A stretch of 64,000 nucleotides of DNA from an uncultured cyanobacterium. Its GTDB lineage: Bacteria; Cyanobacteriota; Cyanobacteriia; Cyanobacteriales; Nostocaceae. This document shows positions 52,216-62,723 of the stretch, one piece after another (the first letter of the stretch is position 1; the number at the start of each line of letters is the position of its first letter). The position numbers and the translations under genes are program-made. The notes beneath the pieces are model-generated. The model saw nothing but the letters and a program-made list of their open reading frames with translations, did no database searches and was not told the origin of the DNA. The stretch lies in NCBI GenBank assembly GCA_963706595.1, contig OY970166.1, positions 1,600,001-1,664,000 on the forward strand, read 5' to 3'.

Positions 52216-53157
52216 TTACGCAAAGAATAATAATCCAATGCCGATGATGGCAATAATTACGCCTGCGATCGCGCGCCAACTAACTTTCTCACCAATGCAC
52301 ATAGCAATAGGAATCACAAATATGGGACTAGTCTGGAGTAAGGTGGAGGCAATTCCGGCGGCTGTGAATTTAATTGCTGTTTGTTGTAGCCAAATGCCTA
52401 AGTAAGTGCCACAAAAAGCCGCAAAGCAAGCGGCAAAAATGATTCTCTTAGTTTGCTGGTTGGGTGAGGGTAGTGCTTGCGCCTCACGCTTGGGTAAGCA
52501 TATCCACCCGAAAAGAATCAATTCGGCTGCACCTAAACGCAATAAGGCAGCCCAGAGTGGGGTAATGCTGCCAGTAGTAAATGCTACGCGAGAGATGACT
52601 GTACCAATGGCATTGGCGATCGCAGCTAATAAGCCTAAGCCAATACCTCGCCATAGGTGCGCGGGTGAATGATCGCTGCTACCGGGAACTCTTTCTGTGA
52701 CTACCCAAGCCACTCCCAAAATCGTGATCAAAATTCCACACCAAGCGGTGGTATTTATACTTTCTTTCAGCCAAATCATGGCCGCGATCGCAGTCATGGG
52801 CGGCGCAAGAGTACCGATGAGTAAAACACGCCGTGCGCCCAAGTAATTAATCGCCCCCAAAAAAGCCGTATCACCCCAGCTAATCCCAATCACCCCACTC
52901 AAGCACAGCAGCAAAATTGGCTTGGGGGCGGAGATGGGCAAGGATTCGCCTGTTAGTAAAATGGTGAAAATCAGCAAGGCGATCGCCACTATTCCTTTGA
53001 GTAAGTTTAAGCGTAGCGGCGGAATCTGCTGCCCCACAATCCCATATACCACCGATGCGATCGCCCATAAACCAGCAGCAGCTAAAGCGGCTAATTCACC
53101 TCTGCCATTTATTAAGAAATTATTAAAAATATAATTTCCCCCTGAAATAATCCGCAA
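52216..53157 (-). CDS. DMT/EamA family transporter
   Basis: About ten TM helices in two EamA repeats. Confidence 0.88.
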   Translation of the reverse strand: MRIISGGNYIFNNFLINGRGELAALAAAGLWAIASVVYGIVGQQIPPLRLNLLKGIVAIALLIFTILLTGESLPISAPKPILLLCLSGVIGISWGDTAFLGAINYLGARRVLLIGTLAPPMTAIAAMIWLKESINTTAWCGILITILGVAWVVTERVPGSSDHSPAHLWRGIGLGLLAAIANAIGTVISRVAFTTGSITPLWAALLRLGAAELILFGWICLPKREAQALPSPNQQTKRIIFAACFAAFCGTYLGIWLQQTAIKFTAAGIASTLLQTSPIFVIPIAMCIGEKVSWRAIAGVIIAIIGIGLLFFA

Positions 53158-53194
53158 AAATCTTTAATAATACAGATAAATAACCTAAATAATT

Positions 53195-53221
53195 ATAGCA
53201 CTCGCTGGCTGAGAGTGCTAA
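53195..53221. promoter_or_regulatory. CIRCE element (HrcA operator)
   Basis: ATAGCACTC-N9-GAGTGCTAA, one mismatch to TTAGCACTC-N9-GAGTGCTAA. Confidence 0.75.
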
Positions 53222-53354
53222 TCTACCAAAAAAGAATATTGCCAGTTCATCGGCAAAAAATAGTGTTTCTAAATAGCTTTAGAGGTTCTTGCTAAAAATT
53301 TCACAGCAGCATAAAGATTTTCACCACAACTGATTAATCATTGGGAGGACTGGA

Positions 53355-53699
53355 ATGAAATATACTTTTGATATTGTCGGTGTATCTCCTGTTTGGCAAT
53401 TTTTTAGTCAACAGCAACAGGTCATAAACCAAGCAAACAGAGGCGGGGTAGAATATTTAAGTACCCATAGATGTACATTGGATGCCTTGTTAGAAACTGT
53501 GGAACCGCTACCAATTAAATTGGGTTGGAATACAGAACAAGTCAGAGATACTGTAGTGCAGTTTTGGTTAAACAACGCCGAGACTATTCGTTATTGGAAA
53601 GTCCGATTAATTGATGCTGGTAATGAGAATATACTCGTAGCTAGACTGGCAGACATGACCTCTTTACAAGCTGAATTTGAATCTTTATTCGGTAAATAG
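53355..53699 (+). CDS. Conserved cyanobacterial hypothetical protein
   Basis: 114 aa with GGAGG RBS. Confidence 0.8.
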   Translation: MKYTFDIVGVSPVWQFFSQQQQVINQANRGGVEYLSTHRCTLDALLETVEPLPIKLGWNTEQVRDTVVQFWLNNAETIRYWKVRLIDAGNENILVARLADMTSLQAEFESLFGK

Positions 53700-53729
53700 A
53701 TGGGGGAGGGGGTTAATTTAAAATAGCCC

Positions 53730-54572
53730 CTACTGCCCCAACTCTCTAATATTGTTCATGACTTGTTTATATAAGTCATTGTTATTTTGTTGTTGAAAAA
53801 TGCCTGCGGCTTGTTGCAAGTCTTGGAGCGCGCCTTGTTTGTCTCCCTGAGTCGCACGAGCATTTCCGCGATTATTGTAGGCGGGGCCAAAAGTGGAATT
53901 GAGACGAATGGCTTGATTGTAATCGGCGATCGCACCCTGTTGATCTCCTTGAGCCGCGCGGGCATTGCCTCGGTTATTGTAAGCAATGGCATAGCGAGAA
54001 TCGAGGCTAATGGCTTGATTGAAGTCCTGGAGCGCCCCTTCATTGTCTCCTTGGGCGGCGCGAGCATTTCCGCGATTATTATAGGCTTCCGCATAGCTAG
54101 GAGAGAGGCGAATGGCTTCGTTATAATCGGCGATCGCCCGTTGGTGATCTCCTAGAGAAGCGAGAGAATTTCCCCGACTATTGTAGGCTTCCGCATCGTC
54201 AGGAGAAAGATTAAGAGCTTGATTGTAATCAGCGATCGCTCTTTGCTTGTCCCCCGCATCAAAGTAAGCTAGTCCCCGACTCTTATAGGCTGGGGCATAA
54301 TTTGCATCTGCATCAATAACTTTAGTATAGGTAGCGATCGCACCTTGCAAGTCACCTCTGAGGTGTTGATTCTTTCCCTGAACATAGAGATTACCAGATG
54401 CAGATGTTTGAGCTATCCGATTATTAGGAGGACTAATCCCAATTTCTGTTACCAATACATCTTTGTTTTGACTACAAGAAAGGCTGGTAATTGCACTCAA
54501 CGCAGTCACCACAGCTATAGTCAATGTTCTCTTCACCTTCACCTGTTCTTGCTCAAATAGCCGCAGTTTCAT
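53730..54572 (-). CDS. TPR repeat lipoprotein
   Basis: Lipobox-like SLSC; repeated AYNNRGNA TPRs. Confidence 0.88.
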   Translation of the reverse strand: MKLRLFEQEQVKVKRTLTIAVVTALSAITSLSCSQNKDVLVTEIGISPPNNRIAQTSASGNLYVQGKNQHLRGDLQGAIATYTKVIDADANYAPAYKSRGLAYFDAGDKQRAIADYNQALNLSPDDAEAYNSRGNSLASLGDHQRAIADYNEAIRLSPSYAEAYNNRGNARAAQGDNEGALQDFNQAISLDSRYAIAYNNRGNARAAQGDQQGAIADYNQAIRLNSTFGPAYNNRGNARATQGDKQGALQDLQQAAGIFQQQNNNDLYKQVMNNIRELGQ

Positions 54573-54870
54573 AAGTCACCTTAAATCGTCATTACACCTG
54601 GATTACAATTAGCACTAAATTTAGTTGCCCTTACCCTTATCTAAACTTTCTTACCTCATATATTTTAAATTAAATCAATGTTAAGAAATTCAATTAGTCA
54701 TGAAACATAAGTATATTTATCTGGGATGAATTATCTATTTGTTAGTGAATCATATTCTAGAGAAATATCGGAAATTTTTCTGTTTTTCCTGATACTTTAT
54801 GCAGAATTGCTTGTTAGAATCGAAAGTTTAATTAATCTTAAATTTTCTGAAAAAAATTTGCTTAACCTAT

Positions 54871-55791
54871 TTACTCCTGCGGCTGATCATGCTCTTGATT
54901 TTTGGTAGACAGTCGCCAGGATGTAGTTGTGTCAATATCCACAGACAATTGCTGCAAATTCTCACCTAAATCTTTTTGAATTTTCTGAGTCAGTGTGATG
55001 GGAAAATCTAAACCTACATCTTGGTTTTGTACCAGTTTAACTAACTCCGTAAATGGCACTTTTACCGTTTGACGCTCATAACTAGTTAACTTACAAACAG
55101 AGGTTTCCATGACATTTTGAGCCTGCATAGCTTTTTTTAAACGTTCTTGCAGATGCTCATATTCTGATTTTAACAACTGCCAATGTTCTGACAATTCTGT
55201 ATATCTAGCATCGAGTCTAGTTAAATCTTCTCTTTTGGGGTCTGGGTTACTTGCTACCTGTAATTCTAATAACTGCAAATGTACTTGAGCTAGATAAATA
55301 CAATCCAAGTAAGCATATTCAATCTGCCCTTCAGTTAAAGGTCGCCTGCCCCAATCACTGCTTTGCTCCTGTTTATCAATATAATTAAATCTGCACAGTG
55401 CCGTCGCTAAAGTTTTCAGTTGATAGTTAGGTATTGGTAAAATATAATAGGGTATTTTCTGAGCTATTTCTAAAGTGCAAGTGATATTTGTCGCTTTCTT
55501 CTTACCCAGAAACTTGAGATCATAATTGGCATTGTGAAATACCTTCTCAATATCAGGATTTTCCATAATTTGCTCAATAAATTCATCCACCAAATCAGGC
55601 TGATTCAGCACATCTAAAAGAGCAACACGCTCGCCACTCATATCTGTAGGATCATCTAATACCTGAATCAGTGACAGTCGCGGATGACGAGATTTATAAT
55701 CAGCCACTTCTGTATCAATCCACAAAGTTTTGCCATTGGTATATTCAGCGACTTTGGCACGAATATTACTAACAGAATTTAAGTATGGCAT
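54871..55791 (-). CDS. Ribonuclease D-like 3'-5' exonuclease
   Basis: DTE, KVFHNANYDL, SDWGRRPL, YAYLD DEDDy motifs. Confidence 0.88.
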   Translation of the reverse strand: MPYLNSVSNIRAKVAEYTNGKTLWIDTEVADYKSRHPRLSLIQVLDDPTDMSGERVALLDVLNQPDLVDEFIEQIMENPDIEKVFHNANYDLKFLGKKKATNITCTLEIAQKIPYYILPIPNYQLKTLATALCRFNYIDKQEQSSDWGRRPLTEGQIEYAYLDCIYLAQVHLQLLELQVASNPDPKREDLTRLDARYTELSEHWQLLKSEYEHLQERLKKAMQAQNVMETSVCKLTSYERQTVKVPFTELVKLVQNQDVGLDFPITLTQKIQKDLGENLQQLSVDIDTTTSWRLSTKNQEHDQPQE

Positions 55792-55893
55792 GAGCGAATA
55801 TTTCCTGATCCTTGAGTAAGATAAAGTTAATCCCAGTTTTCTAAATTAACATTTTGCATATCCACGCTGATACCTTGAGCGGTTGATATACGC

Positions 55894-57429
55894 ATGAAAA
55901 CAGATTATCTCATCTTAGGTAGTGGCTTGTCAGCATTGGTATTTGGCTCACTGATGGCTAAATCTGGCCATAAAGTTCAAATCTTGGAAGTTCATGAACA
56001 TCCGGGAGGATTTGGACACACCTTTACGATGGCAAAAAAATATAAATTCAATGCCCAATTACATTACGTTTGGGATTGTGGCGAAGGACATACCGTGAAT
56101 CGTGTCTTGAAAAAACTCAACTTAGATCAAGATGTCACCTTTACTCGCTATGATCCTGAAGGTTTTGATCACATGAGAATGCCGGGTTACTCATTAGATA
56201 TTCCTTCTGAACCCGCAGAGTTAATTCGACGGCTATCTGCTCTTTTTCCCCAAGATGCTGAACAGATAAGTAAATTTGTCTGGGAAGTGCAAAAAGTTAG
56301 TCGGGGACTCAAGAAGTTATCACCGCCAATGATTCCGGCGGAAATCTTCGCACATCTGGGTGAAGTATCCAGTGCTGTTATGTATCTCAACAGTACGCTG
56401 CAAGATGTATTCGACAAATTCCAATTACCGCCAGCAGCACAAACTCTTTTAGCACTGCAATGGCCTGATTTTCTATTACCTCCAAATCAACTCTCTTTTT
56501 ACGCTTGGGTAATTTTATTTACTGGATATCAACAAGGTGCATTCTACCCCGAACAGCATTTTGATCATGTGATCAATTCATTGGTTAAGGTAATTGAGGA
56601 TAATGGCGGCGAAGTTTTGTTAAATCAGGAAGTTACTGATTTTGAACTCATCAACAAAACTATCACTAAAGTTCAAGCAATTGATAGAATCACCCATCAA
56701 AAGCGTGAATTCACTGGGGAAAATATTATCTGCAATATAGATCCTCAAAAAGCTGCTCAGATGATTGGAGTAGAAAAGTTTTCCAGCAAGGTACGCCGTA
56801 AACTTAATTATGAATATTCACCTTCAAATTTTATGGCTTACTGCGTTGTCAAAGATATTGATCTCCGCGACTACGGATTTGGAAAATGGAATATCTTTCA
56901 TACCAGTCATGATAACTTGAATACAGCATTTGCTCAGATGTATGAAAAGCATGATTTTTCTGCTCCTAGTTTTGCCATAACAACACCTTCTTTAATCACA
57001 GCGCAGCCAGACTGTCCAGAAGGATGTCAAATTATCGAGTTTTTGACAGTTGCTAATTATGATTACTTTAAACAACTTAAAGATACGGATGTCAAGGCTT
57101 ATAGACAGAAAAAAGCCGAAATCTTAGATGCGATTTTAGATGTCGTCGAAAAACACTATATTCCCAATATTAGAAACCATCTTGTTTTTAAAATCACTGG
57201 AAGTCCCACAACAAATGAAAGATATTGTTGGTGTCCCCAAGGAAATTCCTATGGTTCCAATCTCACACCTCGCAATATGGGTATTGGTAGACTGAATTAC
57301 CAGACATCTTTAAAAAACTTCTACTTTTGTAATGCTTCATCTGGCTATCCAGGGTTTGCGCCGACATTTTGGACTGGAGCAAGTTTATATCAAAAGTTAT
57401 CAGGAGATGCAATTTTACCAAAAGGTTAA
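55894..57429 (+). CDS. Phytoene desaturase-like FAD-dependent oxidoreductase
   Basis: GSGLS..LEVHEHPGG dinucleotide motif; SPTTNERY. Confidence 0.8.
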   Translation: MKTDYLILGSGLSALVFGSLMAKSGHKVQILEVHEHPGGFGHTFTMAKKYKFNAQLHYVWDCGEGHTVNRVLKKLNLDQDVTFTRYDPEGFDHMRMPGYSLDIPSEPAELIRRLSALFPQDAEQISKFVWEVQKVSRGLKKLSPPMIPAEIFAHLGEVSSAVMYLNSTLQDVFDKFQLPPAAQTLLALQWPDFLLPPNQLSFYAWVILFTGYQQGAFYPEQHFDHVINSLVKVIEDNGGEVLLNQEVTDFELINKTITKVQAIDRITHQKREFTGENIICNIDPQKAAQMIGVEKFSSKVRRKLNYEYSPSNFMAYCVVKDIDLRDYGFGKWNIFHTSHDNLNTAFAQMYEKHDFSAPSFAITTPSLITAQPDCPEGCQIIEFLTVANYDYFKQLKDTDVKAYRQKKAEILDAILDVVEKHYIPNIRNHLVFKITGSPTTNERYCWCPQGNSYGSNLTPRNMGIGRLNYQTSLKNFYFCNASSGYPGFAPTFWTGASLYQKLSGDAILPKG

Positions 57430-57515
57430 TAAAATAGATCCCCGACTTCTCCGAGAAGTCGGGGATTTGAGCCTCGTCATTTTTTCAAATCATCCCATTA
57501 ATTTGGTAATGAGAT

Positions 57516-58739
57516 ATGAAAATAGCGATTATTGGGGGCGGAGCTAGTGGTATGGTGACAGCATATCTGCTCAATAAACATGGTCATGAAGTCACAGTCT
57601 TAGAAAAACAACCGATTTTAGGTGGACATATTCGGACATTAAATAAAAACGTTAAACCCAATCAATCAGACTGTGATCAAATTTTAGAATGTGGTGTGCT
57701 GGAATTTCCCTGTGCATTTCATAACTTTCTCAAATTAATGCAAGAGCTAGAAGTAGAATTAGAAGCTGTTGATATTGCTTCAGGATTGTTTCTGCAAGAT
57801 GGTCGTCATTTGCTGTCAGCGTTGATGATCCACAAGAATTTTACAGGAATACAGCATTTAATTGAATTTTTTAAACTCAATGCCCTCTATACTGGTGCTA
57901 TTAAATTATCGATAAAAACGCATTTTATCCCTAAGCAAAATCTAGTAAATCAGCCACTTTCCCAATATTTGCCCCAAAAATCTCTCCGAAATTATTGGTT
58001 AAAACTATTGGTGATGTATAGTTATTCCATGCCCTTTGAGTTAATTGATAATTGCCCCTTAGAACTGGTAATTCCTACACTGCGAGACTATATATTTGTC
58101 AAATGGGTGAGGATAAAAGGCGGGGTGTATTCCTATATTGAAAAAATCTTATCCCGCTTTCAGGGAAGAATTTGGCTCAATGTTAAAATTGCTGGTATTA
58201 TTAGACAAAATGATGCCGTTGAAATCAGGTTAACGGATGGTGTAACCCATATTTTTGACAAAGTTGTTTTAGCGACACCACCTGATCAGGTGATGAAATT
58301 ATTATCTGATCCGACAAATGAAGAGATTAAACGGTTTTCAGCATGGCAAAAAAACCAAGCCACAACAATTATACATACAGACACTTCAATACATACTAGA
58401 TACGGCATCAAACAAGGTGCAGAATTTGGTTTTTTCCAAACAGAACAAGGATGGGGGTATAATGCTTATCTCAACCAGCTATGCGGAATATCATCACCTC
58501 CTGAATACAGCTTGGCTTTTAACCTAGATCATGTGATCGCTGAGGATAAAATTCTGCACAGACAGTCACACCACACACCTCTGTACACAGTAGATTCCTT
58601 TAAATACAGAAACGAAATTATCAGCAGCAATGGCGAAAATAATACCTACCATGCGGGAGCTTACCTTGGAGATGGATTGCATGAAGGAGCTATCATATCT
58701 GCAATGCGAGTTGCTCAATTAATTCCTCAGCGTTGCTAA
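57516..58739 (+). CDS. FAD-dependent oxidoreductase (amine oxidase-like)
   Basis: IAIIGGGASG, LGGH, GAYLGDGLHEGAI. Confidence 0.8.
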   Translation: MKIAIIGGGASGMVTAYLLNKHGHEVTVLEKQPILGGHIRTLNKNVKPNQSDCDQILECGVLEFPCAFHNFLKLMQELEVELEAVDIASGLFLQDGRHLLSALMIHKNFTGIQHLIEFFKLNALYTGAIKLSIKTHFIPKQNLVNQPLSQYLPQKSLRNYWLKLLVMYSYSMPFELIDNCPLELVIPTLRDYIFVKWVRIKGGVYSYIEKILSRFQGRIWLNVKIAGIIRQNDAVEIRLTDGVTHIFDKVVLATPPDQVMKLLSDPTNEEIKRFSAWQKNQATTIIHTDTSIHTRYGIKQGAEFGFFQTEQGWGYNAYLNQLCGISSPPEYSLAFNLDHVIAEDKILHRQSHHTPLYTVDSFKYRNEIISSNGENNTYHAGAYLGDGLHEGAIISAMRVAQLIPQRC

Positions 58740-58819
58740 AACCAAGTATGAATTTACAGCAGTTTTTATGTATTTCAACCACAATTATTAGACCTAACCC
58801 CCAGCCCCTTCCCTACAAG

Positions 58820-58974
58820 CTACGGTGTACACACAAGTCTTAAAATTCTCTTTTGTGTCATAAGACCCCACCCCTAACCCCTCCCCGCAAGCGAGGAGGG
58901 GAACAAGATTTAAGCAGAAATCTTGTTTTTAGGACTGGAAACTGTCTTTAATCCAGGATGTGTGTACACCGTAG
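58820..58974. mobile_element. MITE family C (IS50-like ends), copy 2
   Basis: CTACGGTGTACACACAAGT ... TGTGTACACCGTAG flanked by direct repeat CTTCCCTACAAG. Confidence 0.8.
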
Positions 58975-59152
58975 CTTCCCTACAAGGGAAGGGGGGTCAA
59001 TCAAAGCCTCTCTCCTTGCAGGAGAGAGGTTTGGAGAGAGGTCGGTTTGTGGTCTATTTACCTGAAAATAGCTGTAAATGTAGAGACGTGACATGGAAGG
59101 TCTCTACAATGGTTATGGGAAACGCACATTTAATTCTCACCAGATGTCTAAT

Positions 59153-60010
59153 CTATTGAGGCGTGGCGCTGCGAGGGGGAACAGAAACTACCTTTTTAGC
59201 TAAACCCAAAGTCTGCAAAAGTTTAATACTCCACCAAGTTAGATCAATTTCCCACCAAGATAATCCGGATTTCGCCATGTGGGGATAAGTGTGATGGTTA
59301 TTGTGCCAGCCTTCTCCGTAAGTTACCAGGGATACCCACCAAAGATTACGTGCGCCATCATTGGCCTCAAAGGTGCGATAACCCCACAGGTGTGATGCTG
59401 AGTTGACAAACCAAGTGGAATGCCACAGTAAGACAGACCTCAGAAATGTGCCATAAATTACAAATGACCAACCGCCTAAGACATACAGCAGCACACCGAG
59501 GGGAATTTGCAAAAGCACGAAGTAGCGATCCAGCCAGCGATAGTAAGGTTCTCGTGCTAAATCAGGCGCATATTTTTGATATGACTGATAGTCAAAAAAC
59601 TCAGTCCGGGGGTAAAAAATCCACAACATATGACTCCACCAAAATCCTCGCTGGGCGGAGTATGGATCTAGGTTGATATCTTCTGTGTGGGCGTGATGCT
59701 GGCGGTGTCCACCTACCCAAAAAATCGGACCTCCTTGTAAAGCCAACGCTCCAATTGTGGCGATCGCATATTCTAACCACTTAGGTACTTGAAAACTTTT
59801 ATGGCTCAGTAGTCGATGATATCCTAGACAAATACCAATGCTCCCGAATAACCAGTGGAGAAACACCAACACACCTAATGCTGACCAAGAGAAAAACCAA
59901 GGCGCGAGGAGCGCTAAGGCATGAAAAGCCCCAAAAAATGCCACATTCACCCAGCTTAGACGAGGTAAATTTTCTTTCTCAGCAGTCAACGCCATAAATT
60001 TCGCAGTCAT
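59153..60010 (-). CDS. desC: Acyl-lipid/acyl-CoA delta-9 desaturase (DesC family)
   Basis: His boxes HRLLSH, HRQHH, HNNHH. Confidence 0.88.
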   Translation of the reverse strand: MTAKFMALTAEKENLPRLSWVNVAFFGAFHALALLAPWFFSWSALGVLVFLHWLFGSIGICLGYHRLLSHKSFQVPKWLEYAIATIGALALQGGPIFWVGGHRQHHAHTEDINLDPYSAQRGFWWSHMLWIFYPRTEFFDYQSYQKYAPDLAREPYYRWLDRYFVLLQIPLGVLLYVLGGWSFVIYGTFLRSVLLWHSTWFVNSASHLWGYRTFEANDGARNLWWVSLVTYGEGWHNNHHTYPHMAKSGLSWWEIDLTWWSIKLLQTLGLAKKVVSVPPRSATPQ

Positions 60011-60134
60011 AAAAATTCCTATTGATAAATGTTTAAGCGATTTACTATTTCTGGATGCAATCTCGGTCTGCACAGCAGTTAGAGAAAAGCAAGTGTTACT
60101 TACATTTATAATGCTAACAGCCCAATGGTTTTTG

Positions 60135-60151
60135 TGCAAGTGCTACTTGCA
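60135..60151. promoter_or_regulatory. Candidate TetR operator
   Basis: Perfect TGCAAGT-N3-ACTTGCA; imperfect second copy at 60089-60104. Confidence 0.6.
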
Positions 60152-60160
60152 TTATTTTTT

Positions 60161-61377
60161 ATGACATCTCAACCAATTTCAGCTCGTCAACGTTTGATTG
60201 AATCAGCACTAGAGTTATTTACCTTGCAGGGAGTGAGCGCCACCACAACCCGCCAAATCGCTGAAAAAGCTGAAGTCAACGAAGTTACGTTATTCCGAAA
60301 TTTTGGGAATAAGCATGGGCTATTGTTGTCTGTGCTGGAAGAATCCGCAGCTTTGAAGAATTTAGGAGAGTCGCTGGTGCAAAGGGCTACTCCTGCTGGT
60401 GACATCCACCAAGCACTGAAAGATTATGCAAGCAACACTTTACACGCATTGGAACGGATACCGGAGTTAGTTCGCTCTGTGGTGGGTGAGGCTAACCAGT
60501 ACCCGATGGAAAATCGCCGCGCTTTGGGACGTGGGTTAACTGAAGCTAATCGCTATGTAGCTGAGTATTTAACCACTGTCATCCAGCCAGGAGATTTAAA
60601 TACCGATCTCCCCACCGAAAAATTAGCTAGTTTACTCAATGGAATGATTTTGGGGTATGCGGTAATTGAATTTACCACTGAATTTAACGAGCTTTGGGTG
60701 GATCGGGATGATTTTTTGGAGAATTTAGTTGAGTTGTTTTTACACGGTGCGATGTCAGCTTCCGGGACATCAGCACAGTTCGAGAAAATGTGCAGGAAGT
60801 GGCTGATTTACCTGTGGGTTTAGTTCACCAAATTTTGCACCAAGCCAAGAAGTTGGGAACACAAGATTATGCTTTGGCTTATGTGTTATTTGGTGCTGGT
60901 TTATCTGCGAAAGAAATTGTCAGTTTGCAGCAAAGCCACCAAATCTGTGATGTTTCTGGACATTTTCTGCAAATTACCACGCCAGAATTTCGCCGCCAAG
61001 TGCCTGTTAATCAGTGGATTCTGGGTAAACGCTATGGTTCTTACAGCAATAATCCTTTAATTAAATGGCTGAAAAGTCGTAAAGATGATCAACCTGCGAT
61101 GTTTCTCAGCGAAACGGGCGCAGCGATGACAGAATCAGATTTATTGCCACATTGGCAACGATGGACAGAGGGATTGTTAACGCCTCAAGGAGAACCGCCT
61201 GCGATCGCCCAAACACAACATACTTGGTGTGTAGAAATGTTAATGCGGGGGATGAGTTGGGAAAATTTGACGATTCTGACTGGTTGCGATCGCACCCAAT
61301 TACAATTATATGCCCAAAGAGCCAAAGAAAAAGCCGCCCTAGAGCAAGCAAATCGTTTAGATCATAAGCCTACATAG
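60161..61377 (+). pseudogene. TetR-family regulator fused to an integrase-like C-terminal domain, split by a frameshift near 60770-60800
   Basis: TetR HTH (TTRQIAEKAEVNEVTLFRNF) in ORF 60125-60823; continuation (LFGAGL..EIV, HTWCVEML..LTG) in overlapping ORF 60790-61377. Confidence 0.65.
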
Positions 61378-61859
61378 TGTGATTTCCTACTGATTAATCT
61401 ATCTATTAGCTGATACTTTGATAATTTTTATTCCCAATGTGTAATGTTAGAAACATTGCCACTTTAGCTATGAATATTTATAATCAATCTAACCACTTTA
61501 ACAACCTCCATGAAACCCAATTTTTTCTGGTTATATTTTCAGTAAATTCGCCGAAATAAACCTAGCTATATCTGGATAAAATTAACAGTTTACAGTGATC
61601 ATACAATCACCCATATTCAATAGCAACTATGTTGCATATAGGTTGCACTTGCATAGCAATCAGTTTATTCTCTGTAAATAAATAATGTAACTCTATAGTA
61701 GTATTGAGCGAAATTGAGGTATGCACAGTCAATAAACATCTCATATTTTAATTCGCGATTAAACTCACAGAGTTACAGTGAAATTTAAAACTCTGAAACT
61801 CTAGTGCATAAAGCATTCCAGATAATTGGAATCATAGAAAAATATAAGAGCTTGCTGGC

Positions 61860-62183
61860 ATGAAACTATCGAAGCTAGATCCACTTATCCCGCTCACAGA
61901 ATTAAAAGAAAAACTCATGAAATTGCCCAAAGATTATTCCTTGCATGAGGATGAGTTAATCGAGTTTCTATCCCAACGAAGATGGCCTGATAGCAATCGG
62001 CGCATTGATCGCACAACATTCTGGCGGTGGAGAACTGACAACAAAATCGAGCATCAAAAAGTATTCAGCAGATTAGATATTTTCAAACTTTGCCAAATTT
62101 GCGACCACTACCGATTAGATGGAACTCGCAATGAATACTTGGAGATAGTTAACCATCAAAAAGAGTTGTCTGTCAAAAAGTAA
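61860..62183 (+). CDS. Conserved cyanobacterial hypothetical protein, possible DNA-binding
   Basis: 107 aa; IDRTTFWRWR resembles an HTH recognition helix. Confidence 0.75.
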   Translation: MKLSKLDPLIPLTELKEKLMKLPKDYSLHEDELIEFLSQRRWPDSNRRIDRTTFWRWRTDNKIEHQKVFSRLDIFKLCQICDHYRLDGTRNEYLEIVNHQKELSVKK

Positions 62184-62214
62184 AAAACTTTTCTCCCCTC
62201 TCCTTACTCAGGAA

Positions 62215-62558
62215 CCATCCTGTACACACAAGTGATCTAATCCCCCTCTAACTCCCCCTTAGTAAGCTACAGTGTACACACATCCTGAGTCAAAGAGAGT
62301 TTCCAGCCCTAAAAACAAAATTTCTGATTCAATCTTGTTCCCCTCCTCGCTTGCGGGGAGGGGCTAGGGGTGGGGTCTTATGACCCAAAAGAAAATTTCC
62401 CGACTTGTGTGTACACCGTAGCTTAGTAAGGGGGAGAACCGAATTTTCCCCCCTAAACCCCTTCGGGGATGCGCCTTCGGCGTAGTGCAAGGGGGGATTA
62501 AGGGAAGTAAATTCCGGGTCTGTAGTTGATTGATTGCCAAGATGTGTGTACACGATAG
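62215..62558. mobile_element. Nested family C MITEs (inner copy 62267-62421)
   Basis: Inner element has 9-bp target duplication CTTAGTAAG; outer element flanked by C(C/T)TTACTCAGGAA. Confidence 0.78.
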
Positions 62559-62723
62559 CTTTACTCAGGAAAGGGGTTGAAGGTGAGATTCTGGATGTGA
62601 GTCCATACCTGAAAAAAGAGGACTAAAGTCCTCACTACGAGCGAATTATTTTGCCTAGTGACTTGGCGTACTTGGCTTCTTGGCGGTTCGTTAATTAAAA
62701 TAGGATTTTAATATTTATTGATC

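Noticed and set aside
53756..54560. Overlapping ORFs across the TPR lipoprotein
   Set aside because: Alternate-frame artefacts of a repetitive CDS
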